Position numbers and translations under genes: made by a program. Below are positions 33,265-33,776 of a stretch of DNA of 33,776 bases, piece after piece (positions within the stretch are counted from its first letter, which is position 1; each line of letters starts with the position of its first letter). This stretch comes from Anaerolineales bacterium (GTDB lineage: Bacteria > Chloroflexota > Anaerolineae > Anaerolineales > DRMV01), in contig WFUL01000173.1 in the NCBI GenBank assembly GCA_015484985.1, positions 1-33,776 of the forward strand. The letters run 5' to 3'. The notes under the pieces are model-generated. The model saw only the letters and a list, made by a program, of their open reading frames with translations. It did not search any database and was not told the DNA's origin.

Positions 33265-33292
33265 ATTATACGCAAGCCACCAGGTTTGTCAA
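33265..33292 (-). promoter_or_regulatory. consensus sigma70-type promoter P1
   Basis: AAAACCCC TTGACA (16 nt) TATAAT AGGAAGTGA. Confidence 0.85.
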
Positions 33293-33306
33293 GGGGTTTT
33301 CCCGAC

Positions 33307-33330
33307 TTTTTTGTTGCGAACAACAAAAAA
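33307..33330. repeat. AT-rich palindrome TTTTTTGTTG-cgaa-CAACAAAAAA (copy 4 of 4)
   Basis: Lies 15 nt upstream of the P1 -35, the same spacing as at P2. Confidence 0.8.
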
Positions 33331-33352
33331 GGGCCGGGAACATTCCCGGCCC
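33331..33352 (-). terminator. intrinsic terminator
   Basis: Minus strand: GGGCCGGGA-atgt-TCCCGGCCC followed by TTTTTTGTTG. Confidence 0.8.
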
Positions 33353-33373
33353 TTCTTGGACAGGTCCCAACTT

Positions 33374-33776
33374 CTACGCCTCAGCCTCTTCCTGCGATTC
33401 CTTTGGAGTCAGTTCTTGTACCGCCCGGTCGTAAACCAATTGGAATTGCTCCTGAACCTCCGGCGGAACCAGGCCGCTTTCCTCGTCATAAAGCACGTCC
33501 AGCAGGGCTTTCAGGGAGTGGTCCCGCAGGCCCTTCAGGCTCTCCTTGCCGTAAAGCCACCAGGTCACAATGTGACGGGCTTCCACGGCCATTGGCCCAC
33601 CACCAAACACGCCCTCGATGGCCTGGGCCACCAGGCCAATAGCCCCGGCCCGGTTCTGGAACCGGAAGCCTTCCCGATAATACCGGACCGCCAGGGTGCG
33701 CATATACTCCCGGAATTTCTCAGGGTCCAATGGGAGCAACTTGCGCAGGTCCTGGGCGTCCAAGGCTTGCTGTACC
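33374..33776 (-). CDS. hypothetical protein, possibly 5'-truncated by the window edge
   Basis: The track start at 33763 is a TTG. The frame stays open to the window end. The C-terminus is acidic. No motif recognised. Confidence 0.6.
   Translation of the reverse strand, partial: VQQALDAQDLRKLLPLDPEKFREYMRTLAVRYYREGFRFQNRAGAIGLVAQAIEGVFGGGPMAVEARHIVTWWLYGKESLKGLRDHSLKALLDVLYDEESGLVPPEVQEQFQLVYDRAVQELTPKESQEEAEA

Noticed and set aside
1-33776. Lysogeny module, IS/transposon, toxin-antitoxin pair, DGR or retron
   Set aside because: No tyrosine or serine recombinase, CI/Cro-like divergent pair, transposase, reverse transcriptase or obvious TA architecture was found on either strand.

Overview
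The window is one contiguous, high-G+C, siphovirus-type phage (or prophage-interior) segment. Every credible gene (about 48) lies on the minus strand. Almost all are preceded by a GGAGG(TG) Shine-Dalgarno (SD), and many show ATGA/TGATG stop-start overlaps. The long plus-strand ORFs in the supplied track are antisense shadow ORFs typical of GC-rich DNA.

Gene order in the direction of transcription (right to left):
1. A 5'-partial ORF and a terminator.
2. Consensus promoter P1, a monocistronic 64-aa gene and a strong terminator.
3. A long morphogenesis/lysis operon: ParB-like nuclease-domain protein, C5 DNA methyltransferase, small and large terminase, portal-MuF fusion, gp10-like protein, an internal terminator, a small head protein, a protease-scaffold-HK97 capsid fusion, head-tail adaptor, major tail protein, G/GT chaperones with an A7 slippery site, tape measure, Dit, Tal, fibre, GH25+SH3 endolysin and two membrane lysis proteins. 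A terminator follows.
4. Promoter P2 driving a ~165-nt RNA whose ends close into a tRNA-like acceptor/T-arm, plus a 132-aa gene, then an HTH protein.
5. Promoter P3 with a promoter-proximal terminator, plus two small genes.
6. A replication block: initiator with ori-like repeats inside the gene, DnaC-like loader, several small and membrane proteins, HNH and VRR-NUC nucleases. A terminator follows.
7. Promoter P4 driving an unknown gene, a tRNA 'top-half' minihelix, a MoxR-type AAA+ ATPase, a VWA protein, three unrecognisable proteins and a RecT-like annealase that runs off the left edge.

No integrase, repressor, canonical tRNA, rRNA, CRISPR array or IS element was seen.

The most unusual content is:
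- the early MoxR-VWA operon with four unknown, translationally coupled partners;
- two independent tRNA-like RNA elements on the coding strand;
- a modular, repeated terminator/AT-palindrome/consensus-promoter architecture, with attenuator-like leaders and a possible antisense sRNA.

All functional calls rest on motifs read by eye. No database search or RNA-folding program was run.
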